The notes below the pieces were generated by a model. The model made no database searches and had not been told where the DNA came from. It saw only the letters and a list, made by a program, of their open reading frames with translations. A stretch of 33,982 nucleotides of DNA. Source: Octopus bimaculoides (taxonomy: Eukaryota). Shown here in pieces: positions 33,948-33,982 of the stretch (position 1 is the stretch's first letter; the number at the start of each line of letters is the position of its first letter). The stretch covers positions 22,877,602 through 22,911,583 of the forward strand of contig NC_068984.1 in assembly GCF_001194135.2 (NCBI RefSeq), read 5' to 3'. The position numbers were made by a program, and so were the translations under genes.

Positions 33948-33982
33948 TATACATATATATATATGTGTGTATATATATATAT
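33830..33982. repeat. (ACTATAT)n heptamer array grading into (TA)n
   Basis: Read directly. Confidence 0.9.

Overview
AT-rich animal (eukaryotic) non-coding DNA from a draft assembly with 10 N-gaps (about 3.5 kb in total, nearly all bordered by microsatellites). The SINE families and microsatellite density match my recollection of Octopus genomes, but the species was not checked by search. I can support no intact protein-coding gene, rRNA, tRNA or CRISPR array. Most ORF-track entries are translations of microsatellites or N runs. Recognisable content: (1) a full-length, dead DD34D mariner with TIRs and TA target-site duplication (7602-8879); (2) a Penelope-like RT/GIY-YIG relic (about 5090-5935, minus); (3) decayed R4/Dong-like, RTE-like and possibly CR1/L2-like LINE pieces; (4) about 13 copies or fragments of two tRNA-derived SINE families, often stacked and next to (AAT)n; (5) a Tigger-like MITE; (6) many microsatellites. 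Features these do not explain: a 67-bp-arm palindrome with one mismatch (29428-29578), an 86-bp segment apparently copied 420 bp downstream into a short repeat array, a nested hairpin at 24148-24217, and a few candidate exons defined only by splice signals (best: a 27-nt microexon at 1626-1652). I found no convincing evidence of a new multi-gene system.
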